Source: Spirochaetia bacterium
GTDB taxonomy: Bacteria; Spirochaetota; Spirochaetia; SZUA-6; Bin103
Assembly (NCBI GenBank): GCA_965208575.1
Contig: CBDBOV010000002.1
Span: forward strand, 160,001 to 224,000
Length of the DNA: 64,000 bases
Reading direction: 5' to 3'
The notes under the pieces are model-generated. The model had not been told where the DNA came from. It did no database searches and was given only the letters and a program-made list of their open reading frames with translations. Positions 1-9,916 of the stretch are shown one piece after another. The translations under genes were made by a program, and so were the position numbers. Numbering within the stretch: the first letter of the stretch is position 1; every line of letters begins with the position of its first letter.

Positions 1-647
1 GCGGGATCGTGGCGCAGCACGAAGCGCGCGAGTGCCTGCAGAACCGGCACGTCGGCGACCAGCTCCGGGTCGCCCGGCCGGTTCTTGACCATGCCGCCCC
101 AGCCCTGCGCGGTCCAGTAGACGGCCGGCACGAAGCGCGGCTCGAGGCCGGCCAGGTAGCGGTCGAGCGCATCGAGATCGAACCACAGGGCGTCCGCCGG
201 TTCCGCGACCCCGCGGTGCCGCGCCGCGATCCGCCAGGCGTGCAGCGCGTGGTCGCGCGCGCGCCGGTACAAGCCGACGGCGCGCACCGGGTCGTCCTGC
301 TCCACGAACGCCAGCGCGTAGCCGGAGTACGCCTCGGCCGCCAGCAGGCGCACGTCGACGGCATCCGGGTCGCCGCGCAGCACCCCCTCCAGCAGCGGCA
401 GGCCGGCTGCCGCGCCGCCCTCGGCAAGTTCCAGGTCGTATTCGGCATTGACGGCGGCGAAGCTGTCGGCAACCAGTCCGGCACTGGCGCGCGCTGCCAG
501 GCGCTGCACGCTGCACCCCGGCAGCGCCACCACCACCACCAGCATCACCAGCAGCCCGGCGGCGCCCACCCCGGCGGGCCGCGAGGCAGGTGCCGCCCCG
601 GATGTCGGTGCCGCGGTGATCGGCGCACGGCAGGTCGTGCCATTCAT
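1..647 (-). CDS. TRAP transporter TatT-like (T-component) lipoprotein, runs off the window edge
   Basis: Manual translation from ATG at 647 gives a hydrophobic stretch with lipobox-like ALPGC, then EYDLELAEGG..LLEGVL..DP..LLAAEAYSGYALAFVE..RAVGLYRRARD, typical of TatT. Confidence 0.7.
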   Translation of the reverse strand, partial: MNGTTCRAPITAAPTSGAAPASRPAGVGAAGLLVMLVVVVALPGCSVQRLAARASAGLVADSFAAVNAEYDLELAEGGAAAGLPLLEGVLRGDPDAVDVRLLAAEAYSGYALAFVEQDDPVRAVGLYRRARDHALHAWRIAARHRGVAEPADALWFDLDALDRYLAGLEPRFVPAVYWTAQGWGGMVKNRPGDPELVADVPVLQALARFVLRHDP

Positions 648-830
648 GGGTGTCAACGTACCCCACCCCGACCGGCGCGTACAGATTTGGCGCGGGCCGT
701 GCCGTCACGCACGGAACGAGCTGTCGCTGCTGGCGAAACCTGCCGACTCGATGGTAATTTGTTTCCGTTGCAGGTACCACATCGAAAAACGGGCTCTCTC
801 CACGCTGAATCGGGGGCGTCGCAGGGGCGG

Positions 831-1934
831 GTGCACAACTTCAACGCCGGTCCCGGTGCGCTGCCGGCCCCGGTGCTGGCGGCGGCGCGGGCGGCGTTGT
901 GCGAACTGCCCGGAGCGGGCGTCACGGTTCTTGAAATCAGCCACCGCTCGGGGGAGTTCGAGGAGATCCTGGCCGAAGCCGAAGCGAACCTGCGCGCGCT
1001 GCTCGGCATCGACGACGCCTGGGCGGTGTTGTTCCTGCAGGGCGGCGCGCGGCAGCAGTTCGCCCTGATCCCGATCAACTTTCTCGCCGCCAGCGGGCGC
1101 CGCGCGGAGTACGTGGTAAGCGGCTACTGGAGCCGTACGGCGCACGCCGAGGCGGGCGTGGCGGCCGATGCCGGCGCCGGAGCGGTGTTGTGGGACGGCG
1201 CCGGCGATCGCTACCGCCGCATGCCGCGCCCGGACGAGCTTGTCCTGCCGCCCGCGCGGCGCGCCGCGGCCGCGTACGTGCACTACACCGTCAACGAGAC
1301 CATCGAGGGCATTCAGCTTGACACGCTGCCGGAGTTCGGCGCGCTGCCGGCGATCTGCGACGCCTCCTCGGAGATTCTCTCCCGTCCGCTGCCGCTCGAG
1401 CGCTGTGCGATGATCTACGCCGGCGCGCAGAAGAACCTGGGGCCGGCGGGGCTCACGCTGGTGGCCGTGCGCCGCGACCTGCTGGAACACGCCGCGCCGT
1501 CGCTGCCGGCGATGTTCGACTACCGGCGGCTGGCCGCGGCACGCTCGCTGCTCAATACGCCGCCGGTGTTCGCGATCTACGTGACGCTCCTGGTGACCCG
1601 CTGGATCCGCGACCAGATCGGCGGCCTGGAGGAGATGGCGCGCCGCAACCGCGCCAAGGCGCAGATGCTGTACCGGGTACTGGACGAGTCGGGGGGATTC
1701 TACCGCGGCCACGCGCTGCCGGAGAGCCGGTCGCACATGAACGTGACCTGGCGTCTTGCCGATCCGGAGTCGGAGCCGATGTTTCTGGAGCAGGCGTCCG
1801 CCGCCGGGTTCATGGGGCTCGCCGGCCACCGCTCGGTAGGTGGGCTGCGCGCGTCCTTGTACAATGCCGTGTCGCCCGCGAGTTGCCGCGAGTTGGCGGA
1901 GTTCATGAAGGAGTTTGCGCGGTGTCACGGCTAG
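831..1934 (+). CDS. serC: phosphoserine aminotransferase
   Basis: Motifs HNFNAGPGALP, EISHRS, LFLQGGA, YAGAQKNLGPAG, GHRSVGGLRASLYNA; GTG start at 831 is approximate. Confidence 0.93.
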   Translation: MHNFNAGPGALPAPVLAAARAALCELPGAGVTVLEISHRSGEFEEILAEAEANLRALLGIDDAWAVLFLQGGARQQFALIPINFLAASGRRAEYVVSGYWSRTAHAEAGVAADAGAGAVLWDGAGDRYRRMPRPDELVLPPARRAAAAYVHYTVNETIEGIQLDTLPEFGALPAICDASSEILSRPLPLERCAMIYAGAQKNLGPAGLTLVAVRRDLLEHAAPSLPAMFDYRRLAAARSLLNTPPVFAIYVTLLVTRWIRDQIGGLEEMARRNRAKAQMLYRVLDESGGFYRGHALPESRSHMNVTWRLADPESEPMFLEQASAAGFMGLAGHRSVGGLRASLYNAVSPASCRELAEFMKEFARCHG

Positions 1935-2116
1935 CCGGCATGGTCGCGGCCAGCGCGATGCGTTCGCGCGGCACCGGGCCGCCGGCATGCGACGCCGGCG
2001 CGCAGGCGTTACACTGTGGCGGCGAGCGGTGGCGGTGCAGAGACAATGAAACAGGGGACCGACGATCGGCATCTGCGCATGGGCGCGGCGATGAGCGGCG
2101 CACAGGGGGCAGCCGG

Positions 2117-3079
2117 ATGACCGGGGGATGTTGCGCGCCGCGGGCGCCGGCGCGGCGCGGCGCTGACGCCGGGCGCGCCGCGGGCGGTGCGCGGGCGGCG
2201 GTCGGGGGAGCCCATGACGACGGCCGCGCGATGTGCGAGCTGCCGGCGGCGGCGTTCCTGATGGGTGCCGAGGCGGGCGACGGCTTTCCCGCCGACGGCG
2301 AGGGACCGGTGCGCGAGGTGTCGCTGCGCGGCTTCGCCATCGACCTGTGCGCGGTGAGCGTCGCCGACTTCGCCGCGTTCGTGGACGACACCGGCTACGT
2401 CACCGAGGCGGAGCACTTCGGCTGGTCGTTCGTGTTCCGGAACCACGTCCCGAAGAACGCGTTCCGGAACAACCTGGTGCGCACCGTGCCCGGCCTGGCG
2501 TGGTGGTACGCGGTGGATCGCGCCTGCTGGCGGCGTCCGGAAGGCCCCGGTTCGCAGGCCCGGAAGCGGGAAGACCACCCGGTGACGCACGTTTCGCACG
2601 CCGACGCGGAGGCTTACTGCGCGTGGGCCGGCAAGCGGCTGCCCACCGAGGCGGAGTGGGAGTATGCCGCGCGCGGCGGCCTGGAGCAGCGCCGCTACGC
2701 CTGGGGCGACGAGCTTACGCCGGGCGGCAAGCACCGCTGCAACATCTGGCAGGGCACGTTCCCGGACTACGACCGGGCGACCGACGGTTACGCCGGCACC
2801 TGCCCGGTACGCACCTATCCGGCCAACGGCTACGGGTTGTACAACGTGGCCGGCAACGTGTGGGAGTGGTGCGCCGACTGGTTCAGCCCCGACCATCACC
2901 TGAACGCGCCGCGCGCGGACCCGACCGGCCCGGCGCGCGGCAGCAACCGGGTGATGCGCGGCGGCTCGTTCCTGTGCCACCGCTCCTACTGCAACCGCTA
3001 CCGGGTCGGCGCGCGCACCAGCAACTCGCCGGACAGCTCGACCGCCAACCTTGGATTCCGTTGCGCGAGGTCGTTGTGA
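2117..3079 (+). CDS. formylglycine-generating enzyme (sulfatase maturation, FGE/SUMF1)
   Basis: RLPTEAEWEYAARGG, GNVWEW and the catalytic RGGSFLCHRSYCNRYRVGAR motif. Confidence 0.9.
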   Translation: MTGGCCAPRAPARRGADAGRAAGGARAAVGGAHDDGRAMCELPAAAFLMGAEAGDGFPADGEGPVREVSLRGFAIDLCAVSVADFAAFVDDTGYVTEAEHFGWSFVFRNHVPKNAFRNNLVRTVPGLAWWYAVDRACWRRPEGPGSQARKREDHPVTHVSHADAEAYCAWAGKRLPTEAEWEYAARGGLEQRRYAWGDELTPGGKHRCNIWQGTFPDYDRATDGYAGTCPVRTYPANGYGLYNVAGNVWEWCADWFSPDHHLNAPRADPTGPARGSNRVMRGGSFLCHRSYCNRYRVGARTSNSPDSSTANLGFRCARSL

Positions 3080-3158
3080 CGCGCGGCGGGGAGACGGAGG
3101 TTGCGGCGCGCGTGAGCGGACCGGAGACGACGGCGCCGGCGCCGGCACAGAGGGCGTT

Positions 3159-3704
3159 GTGCTGACCGGCCTGTTCTGGATGACGGCCATATTCGGCGTC
3201 GGCGTGACGGTGGTCGACCTGCTCGGCCTGATCGGCGGCGGTTCCGACGATGGCGGTGCAAGCGGCGGCGAGGGCGGCGGCGCCGGCGGCGGGGCGCCGG
3301 TGCTGTCGTTCCTGCGCTGGCTGCGCACCCTGGTCTACTTCTGCCTCGGCTTCGGTCCGTTCGGGCTGGCAGCGGGGGCGTTCGGCTCCGGACCGGTCGC
3401 CAGCCTGATCTGGTCGCTGGCCGGGGGCGTGTCGATGTCGGTGCTCGCGCGCCTGTTCTTCCGCTTCCAGCGCACCAGGCTGGACTCGTCGCTGCACGAC
3501 GAGGAACTGCTCATGGAGCCGGGCACGGTGATCGTGCCGATCGCGTCCGGCGGCATGGGCAAGGTGCGCGTGCTGTTCGGCCAGAGCGTTGCCGAACGCT
3601 ACGCGCGCGCGGAAGACGCGGCCCAGGAATTCGCCTCCGGAGACCGCGTGGTCGTTTCGCGAATTACAGAACAATGCGTCTACGTGCGCAGGGAGGAACC
3701 ATGA
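3159..3704 (+). CDS. NfeD-like membrane protein (flotillin partner)
   Basis: Three hydrophobic segments and a C-terminal OB-like region (GTVIVPIASGGMGKVRV..GDRVVV); overlaps the SPFH gene start. Confidence 0.75.
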   Translation: MLTGLFWMTAIFGVGVTVVDLLGLIGGGSDDGGASGGEGGGAGGGAPVLSFLRWLRTLVYFCLGFGPFGLAAGAFGSGPVASLIWSLAGGVSMSVLARLFFRFQRTRLDSSLHDEELLMEPGTVIVPIASGGMGKVRVLFGQSVAERYARAEDAAQEFASGDRVVVSRITEQCVYVRREEP

Positions 3705-5077
3705 CAGAAGGATTTATCGGCGGCGGCGTGGGCGCGGTGGCCGCGTTCGTGTTCGTTATCGCCATGCTGCGCTCGGTGATCAGAGTGTGCCCGCCCGACC
3801 AGGTGCTGGTGGTGACCGGCGCCAAGACCACCATTCGCGGCAAGAGCTACGGCTTTCGCCTGCAGCGCGGCGGGTGGACGTTCGTCGTCCCCTTCTTCCA
3901 GAGCGTGCAGGGGCTGGGGTTGAGCACCATCCCCATCGACGTGCGCGTGGAGGGGGTGAACTCGGCCAACGGCATCACGGTCGGCGCCGACGCCACCGCC
4001 TGCGTGTGCGTGGACCACGAGGACGACTCCCTGCTCTACTCCGCGGTCGAACGCCTCATGGGCAAGTCGCGCGCCGAGATCCAGGAGCAGATTCAACAGA
4101 CCATGGTGGGCAACTTCCGCGGCGCGCTCAACAAGACCACGCCGCTGCAGGCGATCGGCATGGTGGAGAGCGTGGAGGAGCGCGACCGCACCGGCGAGGG
4201 CGACAGTCTGACGCGGAACGACGTCGATCCCGACGACGACGTGGAGGGCGAGCGCGCGCAGTTCCGCGCCGAGCTGCTGCGCGACAGCAACCAGGACCTG
4301 AGCACGTTCGGCATGCGCGTGGTGTCGGTGTCGCTGCAGAAGATCTGGGACACCTCCAACTACATCGCCAACCTGGCCAACAAGACCCTGTCGCGCAAGC
4401 GCCAGGAGGTGGAGATCGAGGAGGCGCGCCTGAAGGCGCAGGCGGAGCGCTCCGAGTCGGACGCCAACCGGCGCGAGGCGGTGGCCGAGAACAGCGCCGA
4501 CGAGCAGATCATCGCCGCCCAGCAGGAGCTGGAGGTGCTGCGCCGCACCTGCGAGGCGGAGGTGGAGCAGAACCGGCTGGAGACCGACAGCGCCATCGCG
4601 CGCGCCGAGAGCGAGGGCGAGCGCGCGGTGCAGGAGATCGCCGTCGAGCTGCGCAAGCTCAAGAACGTCTCCGACGTCACCCTGGAGGCGGACACCAGGC
4701 GGCAGGCGGCGGAGATCCTGGCCGACGGCCAGAACCAGGCGGTGCAGATCGTCGAGTCGACCCACAATGACCTCCTGGACCAGAAGGCGACCATGGTCGC
4801 CGGCGCCGGCGATTCCGGCAAGATCGCGCTGTTCGTGCAGCAGCAGCTTCCCACGCTGTTTGCCGCCTATGAGAAGCATGCGCGCGAATTGAAGGTGGAC
4901 AACGTGGTGATCATGGATGACGAGCGCGGCATGAACGGGCTGCTCAACCGCGGCCCGGACGCGTTCGTCGACTTCCTGCAGCGGTTCGAAGAGGGGTTCG
5001 GCATCAGCGTGAAGGATCTGCTCGGCCAGCGTGCCGGAACCGCCGCGGCCCGCGCCGACCAGGAGGTGAAGTCATGA
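3701..5077 (+). CDS. SPFH/flotillin family protein 1
   Basis: N-terminal TM, VCPPDQVLVVTG, GGWTFVVPFFQ, coiled-coil EA-rich tail; RBS GGAGG before ATG 3701. Confidence 0.85.
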   Translation: MTEGFIGGGVGAVAAFVFVIAMLRSVIRVCPPDQVLVVTGAKTTIRGKSYGFRLQRGGWTFVVPFFQSVQGLGLSTIPIDVRVEGVNSANGITVGADATACVCVDHEDDSLLYSAVERLMGKSRAEIQEQIQQTMVGNFRGALNKTTPLQAIGMVESVEERDRTGEGDSLTRNDVDPDDDVEGERAQFRAELLRDSNQDLSTFGMRVVSVSLQKIWDTSNYIANLANKTLSRKRQEVEIEEARLKAQAERSESDANRREAVAENSADEQIIAAQQELEVLRRTCEAEVEQNRLETDSAIARAESEGERAVQEIAVELRKLKNVSDVTLEADTRRQAAEILADGQNQAVQIVESTHNDLLDQKATMVAGAGDSGKIALFVQQQLPTLFAAYEKHARELKVDNVVIMDDERGMNGLLNRGPDAFVDFLQRFEEGFGISVKDLLGQRAGTAAARADQEVKS

Positions 5078-6366
5078 CCGGGTTCGTCGTCGTCTTTGCC
5101 CTGCTCGTGCTCATCACCCTGCTGCTCCAGTTGATCACCAAGATGAAGATCGTCGGTGCCGACGAACTGGCGATCGTGGCCGGCCAGGGCAAGTCGTTCT
5201 CGTCGGTGCGCGGCGGGCGCGTGTTCGTGTTCCCGCTGATCCACCGCTTCTACCGCATGGACATGCGCCCGCGCACCACCAGCGTGCGGGTGGAGTCGGC
5301 GATCGCGGCCGGCATCGTGCCGCTGACCGTGGTGGCCACCGTCAGCTTCGCGGTGGCTGCCTCCGGCGAGGGGCTGCGCAACGCGATCCGCCGCATCCTG
5401 CTGATGACGCGCGACTGGAACGAGCTCACCGGTATCGCCACCGGCATCATCGAGGGCCACCTGCGCGACTCGATCGCCACCATGACCCCGGAGGAGGTGA
5501 TGACCGACAAGGACCGGCTGGTGCAGAACATGATCCGCGTCTGCAAGACGGATCTGGAGGGGATCGGACTGGAGATCACGGCCATGAACATCGCCGACGT
5601 GGACGACCACCGGCTGGAAGGGGTGCGCGAGCCGGAACTGTACATCGCGCTGTTGAAGCGGATTCAGTCGGCCAACGCCGAGGCGCAGTCGCGGGCCGCG
5701 CAGGCGCAGGCGCGCGCCGCCGCCAAGGAGGAGTCGGAGACGCGGCGCGCCGAGGTGGCGGTGCGCGATGCGGCCAACGCCAAGGAGAGCCTGACTGCCC
5801 AGACGCGGGTGGACGTGGCTCAGCAGGGCCAGCGCAGCGCCATTGGCGTGCAGCGGGCACAGCGCGACGCGGAGGCCAACGTGGCCGGCATCAAGGCGCA
5901 GATCCGCGCCGAGGAGCAGCGCATCGCGATGCTGCGCGAGAAGTACCGCGCCGAGATCCTGGTGCCCGCCGAGGCGGAGCGGGAGCGGATGGCGCTGCAG
6001 GCAAAGACCAGCGCGGCCGAGATCCGCGGCCGCGCGCAGGCCGAGATCGACCAGTTGACGCGCACCATCGAGATCCTGCGCGCCGGCGGCAAGTCTGCCC
6101 TCGCCGCCTACGTGATCGAGCACTTCGACAAGTTCATCGAGCCGTTCGCGCAGACCCTGGCGCTGTTCCCGACCGCGCACGCGGCGGTAATCTCGGGCGC
6201 GGGCGGCACCCACGCGCCGATCTCCGGCGTGCACCCGCACCCGGTGGAGGAGGAAAAGGCGCGCATCACCCTGCAGGCCCTCGGCGCCATCTCCACCGCC
6301 GCGCCGCCGCCCGCATCCGCCGAGCCCGCCGACGCGCGGCCTGGCGGCGCCCGGACGCGGCGGTAG
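5074..6366 (+). CDS. SPFH/flotillin family protein 2
   Basis: N-terminal TM, GGRVFVFPLIH, IIEGHLRDSIATMTPEEV..DLEGIGLEI, AE-rich coiled coil; ATGA overlap with the preceding gene. Confidence 0.85.
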   Translation: MTGFVVVFALLVLITLLLQLITKMKIVGADELAIVAGQGKSFSSVRGGRVFVFPLIHRFYRMDMRPRTTSVRVESAIAAGIVPLTVVATVSFAVAASGEGLRNAIRRILLMTRDWNELTGIATGIIEGHLRDSIATMTPEEVMTDKDRLVQNMIRVCKTDLEGIGLEITAMNIADVDDHRLEGVREPELYIALLKRIQSANAEAQSRAAQAQARAAAKEESETRRAEVAVRDAANAKESLTAQTRVDVAQQGQRSAIGVQRAQRDAEANVAGIKAQIRAEEQRIAMLREKYRAEILVPAEAERERMALQAKTSAAEIRGRAQAEIDQLTRTIEILRAGGKSALAAYVIEHFDKFIEPFAQTLALFPTAHAAVISGAGGTHAPISGVHPHPVEEEKARITLQALGAISTAAPPPASAEPADARPGGARTRR

Positions 6367-6622
6367 CGGGGGCGGCGGCGGCAGTCGTCCGCCCGCGCTC
6401 TGCGCCGCGGATGGCGGGGCTGGCGCGGTAACCAAGCGGCCCGGCCCGGCCCGGCCCGGCCTCGCCGCGGCGGTAGTCGTGCGCCCGCCGCCCATGGCGG
6501 GGCTGGTGCGGCAACCCGGCTGCCGGGTCCGGCTGCGTCCGGCCTCGCCACGGCGCGGCGGCCGGCCGCCGGCCGCCTGCTCCGGTAAACCGGCAGCAGG
6601 TCCGCGCCGACGAGCGGCCCGT

Positions 6623-7897
6623 TCAGCCTTGCAGTTGTGCGAAGCGGGTGAAGTAGTCGGGGAAGGTCTTGGCGGTGCAGCCGGGGTCGGCGATGGCGAT
6701 GCCGGGGGCGCGCAGGCCGGTGACCGCGAACGCCATCGCCATGCGGTGGTCGTCGTAGGTCTCGACGGTGGCGGGGCGCGGGGGGGCCGGCTCGATGCGC
6801 AGGCCGTCGTCGCGCTCCTCGACCGGCACCCCGAGGCGGCGCAGCTCGGTGGCCATGGCGGCGACCCGGTCGGTCTCCTGCAGGCGGGTGTGGGCGATGC
6901 CGCGGATGGTGACCGGCGCCTTGGCGAACGGCGCGATCGCGGCGAGCGTGGGTGCGGTGTCGCTGATCGGCGCCAGGTTCACGTCGACGCCGGCGAGCTG
7001 GGCGGGCCCGCGCACGGTGACCGTGTCGCCGCGCCAGCGCACCTTGCAGCGCATCCGGTGCAGCACTTCCAGGAACGCCAGGTCGCCCTGCAGCGAGTCG
7101 CGGGTCAGGCCGGCTACCGTCACCCGGCCGCCGGTGACCGCGGCGGCCGCGAAGAAGTAGGAGGCGTTGGTGGCGTCCGGCTCGATTGCCATGTTCACCG
7201 GGTGGTAGCGCTGCCCGGCGGCAATGTACAGGCTCGTGCTGCCGCCGGCCGCGGTCACGCCGAACTGCTCCATGAGGCGCGTGGTCATGCCCACGAACGG
7301 CTTCGACACCAGCGCCCCGGTGATGTACACGGTGGTCGTGGCGCGCGCCAGCGGCGCCACCATCAGCAGGGCCGAAATGGGCTGGCTGCTGCGCATGCCG
7401 GAGATCTCCAGGTGGCCCCCGGCGAGCCCGGTGCCGCACAGGGTGAACGGCATGCGCGGCGGCTCCGCGTCCGAGGTGATGCGCGCGCCCTGGGCGGTCA
7501 GCGCGGCGAGCAGTTCGTCGATCGGCCGCTCGCGCATGCGCGGCACCCCGTCCACCGTGTAGCAGCCCTCGCCGAGCGCCAGCAGCGCGGTCAGAAAGCG
7601 CGCCGCCGTGCCCGCGTTGCCCACGAACAGGTCCGCCTTGCGCGCCGGAATGGAACCGCCCTGGCCGTCGACGCTGATCGTTGCGGCTTCGGCATCTTCA
7701 CGCACCTCGATACCGAGCGCCCGCAGCGCCTCGCCGAAGTAGCGCGTGTCGTCGCTGAACAGGGCGTTGTGCAGGGTCGACGTGCCGGAGGCCAGCGCCG
7801 CCATGCACATGGCGCGGTTGGTCAGGCTCTTGGATCCGGGCACCCGCACCTCGGCATCGATCGGCCCGTTGGCCGGTGAAATAGCTTGTACACTCAC
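6623..7897 (-). CDS. aroA: 3-phosphoshikimate 1-carboxyvinyltransferase (EPSP synthase)
   Basis: VPGSKSLTNRA, GNAGTAARFL, RLQETDRVAAM, YDDHRMAMAFA, KTFPDYF. Confidence 0.95.
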   Translation of the reverse strand: MSVQAISPANGPIDAEVRVPGSKSLTNRAMCMAALASGTSTLHNALFSDDTRYFGEALRALGIEVREDAEAATISVDGQGGSIPARKADLFVGNAGTAARFLTALLALGEGCYTVDGVPRMRERPIDELLAALTAQGARITSDAEPPRMPFTLCGTGLAGGHLEISGMRSSQPISALLMVAPLARATTTVYITGALVSKPFVGMTTRLMEQFGVTAAGGSTSLYIAAGQRYHPVNMAIEPDATNASYFFAAAAVTGGRVTVAGLTRDSLQGDLAFLEVLHRMRCKVRWRGDTVTVRGPAQLAGVDVNLAPISDTAPTLAAIAPFAKAPVTIRGIAHTRLQETDRVAAMATELRRLGVPVEERDDGLRIEPAPPRPATVETYDDHRMAMAFAVTGLRAPGIAIADPGCTAKTFPDYFTRFAQLQG

Positions 7898-8040
7898 CCC
7901 CCAATGGTGCCGCACGCAGCCGGAACCGCACAAGGGTCGTTTCCGCTCGCCACGCCCGCACGACCTTGTACCGCGTGCTCGGAGTGTGCTACCTGTTCGG
8001 CGCCTGCCGGACGCCGCCGCTCGCGGAGTGACGGCTCCCC

Positions 8041-8157
8041 ATCCACGCGGCGTCGGGAGTGTCCCCGGAACTGGTGCGCCTGTCGATCGGCATCGAGCAC
8101 ATCGACGACATCCTCGCGGACATCGACCAGGCGCTGCACGCCGCCAGGCAGGCCTGA
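8041..8157 (+). pseudogene. C-terminal remnant of an O-acetylhomoserine sulfhydrylase (Cys/Met PLP enzyme)
   Basis: Manual translation [27 protein letters not shown] is the MetY-type C-terminus; no upstream gene body is present. Confidence 0.75.
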
Positions 8158-8203
8158 CCGGCGCCGGCGCTCTTTCGCCGGCGATTGGTGGTAGAGTAGC
8201 GCC

Positions 8204-8581
8204 ATGGACAAGATACCGGTTACCTCCGCCGGCGGAGCGCCGCCGGGCGGGCCGTACACCCCCGCGTTGCGCTGGGGCGAGTTGTTGTTCGTGTCGGGGC
8301 AGGTGGGAGTGGATCCGGCCACCGGCGAGCCGGTGGCGGGCGACTTCGCCGCCGAAGTGCGGCAGGTGCTGAGCAACGTCCGGACGCTGGTGGAGGCGGG
8401 CGGTTCCTCGATGGACAAGGTGTTGCGCGCCACCGTGTACCTGACCGACATGGCGCTGTTCGCGGAGATGAACGCCGTGTACGAACAATTCTTTCCCGAG
8501 CCGCGCCCCACGCGCAGCACGGTGCAGGTGGGCCTGGCACGGCAGTACCGCGTCGAAATCGACGTGATCGCCCACACCTGA
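8204..8581 (+). CDS. RidA/YjgF family enamine deaminase
   Basis: GPYTPA, LFVSGQVG, VYLTDM..FAEMNAVY..FF..PRPTRSTVQV..VEIDVIA. Confidence 0.9.
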   Translation: MDKIPVTSAGGAPPGGPYTPALRWGELLFVSGQVGVDPATGEPVAGDFAAEVRQVLSNVRTLVEAGGSSMDKVLRATVYLTDMALFAEMNAVYEQFFPEPRPTRSTVQVGLARQYRVEIDVIAHT

Positions 8582-8588
8582 CACCGCG

Positions 8589-9704
8589 GTGAGCGAGGAA
8601 ACCACCCGGCACCAGATCCACTTTGCTGACGCGCGGCGCATGTCCGCGGTGCGCGACGGCTCGGTGTCATTGGTGGTTACCTCGCCACCGTACCCGATGA
8701 TTGAGCTATGGGACGAGCAATTCGCCGCAGCCGACCCGTTGATCGCGAAGGCGCTGGCAGCGGAGGACGGGATTCGGGCCTTCAAGTTGATGCACGCTCG
8801 CCTGGACGCGGTGTGGCGCGAGTGCCGCCGCGTGCTGCAGCCGGGCGGGCTGGCGTGCATCAACATCGGCGACGCCACCCGCAAGATCGGCGGCGAGTTT
8901 CGGCTGTTCTCGAACCACAGCCGTATCCTGCAGGCACTGATGCGACTCGGGTTCTCCGTGCTGCCCGACATCCTGTGGCGCAAGCCGACCAATGCGCCCA
9001 ACAAGTTCCTGGGCTCCGGCATGCTGCCGGCCGGCGCCTACGTGACCTACGAGCACGAATATATCCTGATCGCCCGCAAGGGCGGACCGCGCAGGTTTTC
9101 CCCCGCCGACAAGGCCCGCCGACGGCGCAGCGCCTTCTTCTGGGAGGAACGCAACGAGTGGTTCTCGGATGTCTGGCTCGGCTTGGTCGGCACGAGGCAA
9201 CTGCTCGGCAACGCGGGGCTGGGAGATCGCGATCTCCGCGCGCGGAGCGCCGCGTTCCCGTTTGAGTTGGCGCACCGGCTGGTCCAGATGTACTCGCTGA
9301 TCGGCGACACCGTGCTCGACCCGTTTCTCGGTACCGGGACGACCACGGCGGTCGCCATCGCCGGCGGCCGTTCCAGCATTGGTTTCGAAATCGAGCGCGA
9401 GCTTGAGCAACCCATCCGCGACACCATCGACACCGCATGCCCGCTCGGGCGCGTCTACGCGAGCCGGCGGCTGTCCGCACACCTCGACTTCGTACAATCC
9501 CGTGAGGCAGCTGGAAAGCCCTGCCGCCACGTCAACCGCCACTATGGCTTCCCGGTAGTGACAGGCCAGGAGACCGACTTACAATTCCTTATACCGAAAT
9601 CAATAAGGGTCGATTCAGACGCGAACTGTTTCGCTTACCACGATCCTGCTCCGCAACCGGTTCGGGAGTCGCAGCCGGAACTCTCATTCGGGAGTCCGTC
9701 ATGA
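8589..9704 (+). CDS. N4/N6 DNA methyltransferase (beta class)
   Basis: Catalytic VTSPPY precedes the SAM-binding VLDPFLGTGTT. Confidence 0.9.
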   Translation: MSEETTRHQIHFADARRMSAVRDGSVSLVVTSPPYPMIELWDEQFAAADPLIAKALAAEDGIRAFKLMHARLDAVWRECRRVLQPGGLACINIGDATRKIGGEFRLFSNHSRILQALMRLGFSVLPDILWRKPTNAPNKFLGSGMLPAGAYVTYEHEYILIARKGGPRRFSPADKARRRRSAFFWEERNEWFSDVWLGLVGTRQLLGNAGLGDRDLRARSAAFPFELAHRLVQMYSLIGDTVLDPFLGTGTTTAVAIAGGRSSIGFEIERELEQPIRDTIDTACPLGRVYASRRLSAHLDFVQSREAAGKPCRHVNRHYGFPVVTGQETDLQFLIPKSIRVDSDANCFAYHDPAPQPVRESQPELSFGSPS

Positions 9705-9916
9705 TGATCAAACTCGCGCCGCAAGACCTGCGCCGACGACTTGTAGGGGATCGTCCAGCATACGAAAAGTACGACGGGCGTCCGGTCTCGGTGAAGCCAA
9801 TCACCTACAAGACGATGGACACGCTCGGCGAGACGATCGACGCCCTGATGGTCTACTACGAAAAGAAGTCCAACGGCACGACAGTGGCTGAGTTCGACGA
9901 GGTTGAACGCCGTTGA
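9701..9916 (+). pseudogene. internally deleted restriction endonuclease, MjaI-like family
   Basis: 71 aa ORF coupled to the MTase stop; C-terminal PVSVKPITYK..LGETI..MVYYEKK resembles, from recall, the end of MjaI-family REases, with the central core missing. Confidence 0.55.

Noticed and set aside
3159-6366. NfeD + two flotillins as a novel system
   Set aside because: A well-known operon type.
6367-6622. CCGG(C) micro-repeats between flotillin 2 and aroA
   Set aside because: Low-complexity GC-rich spacer between convergent genes; not distinguishable from chance.
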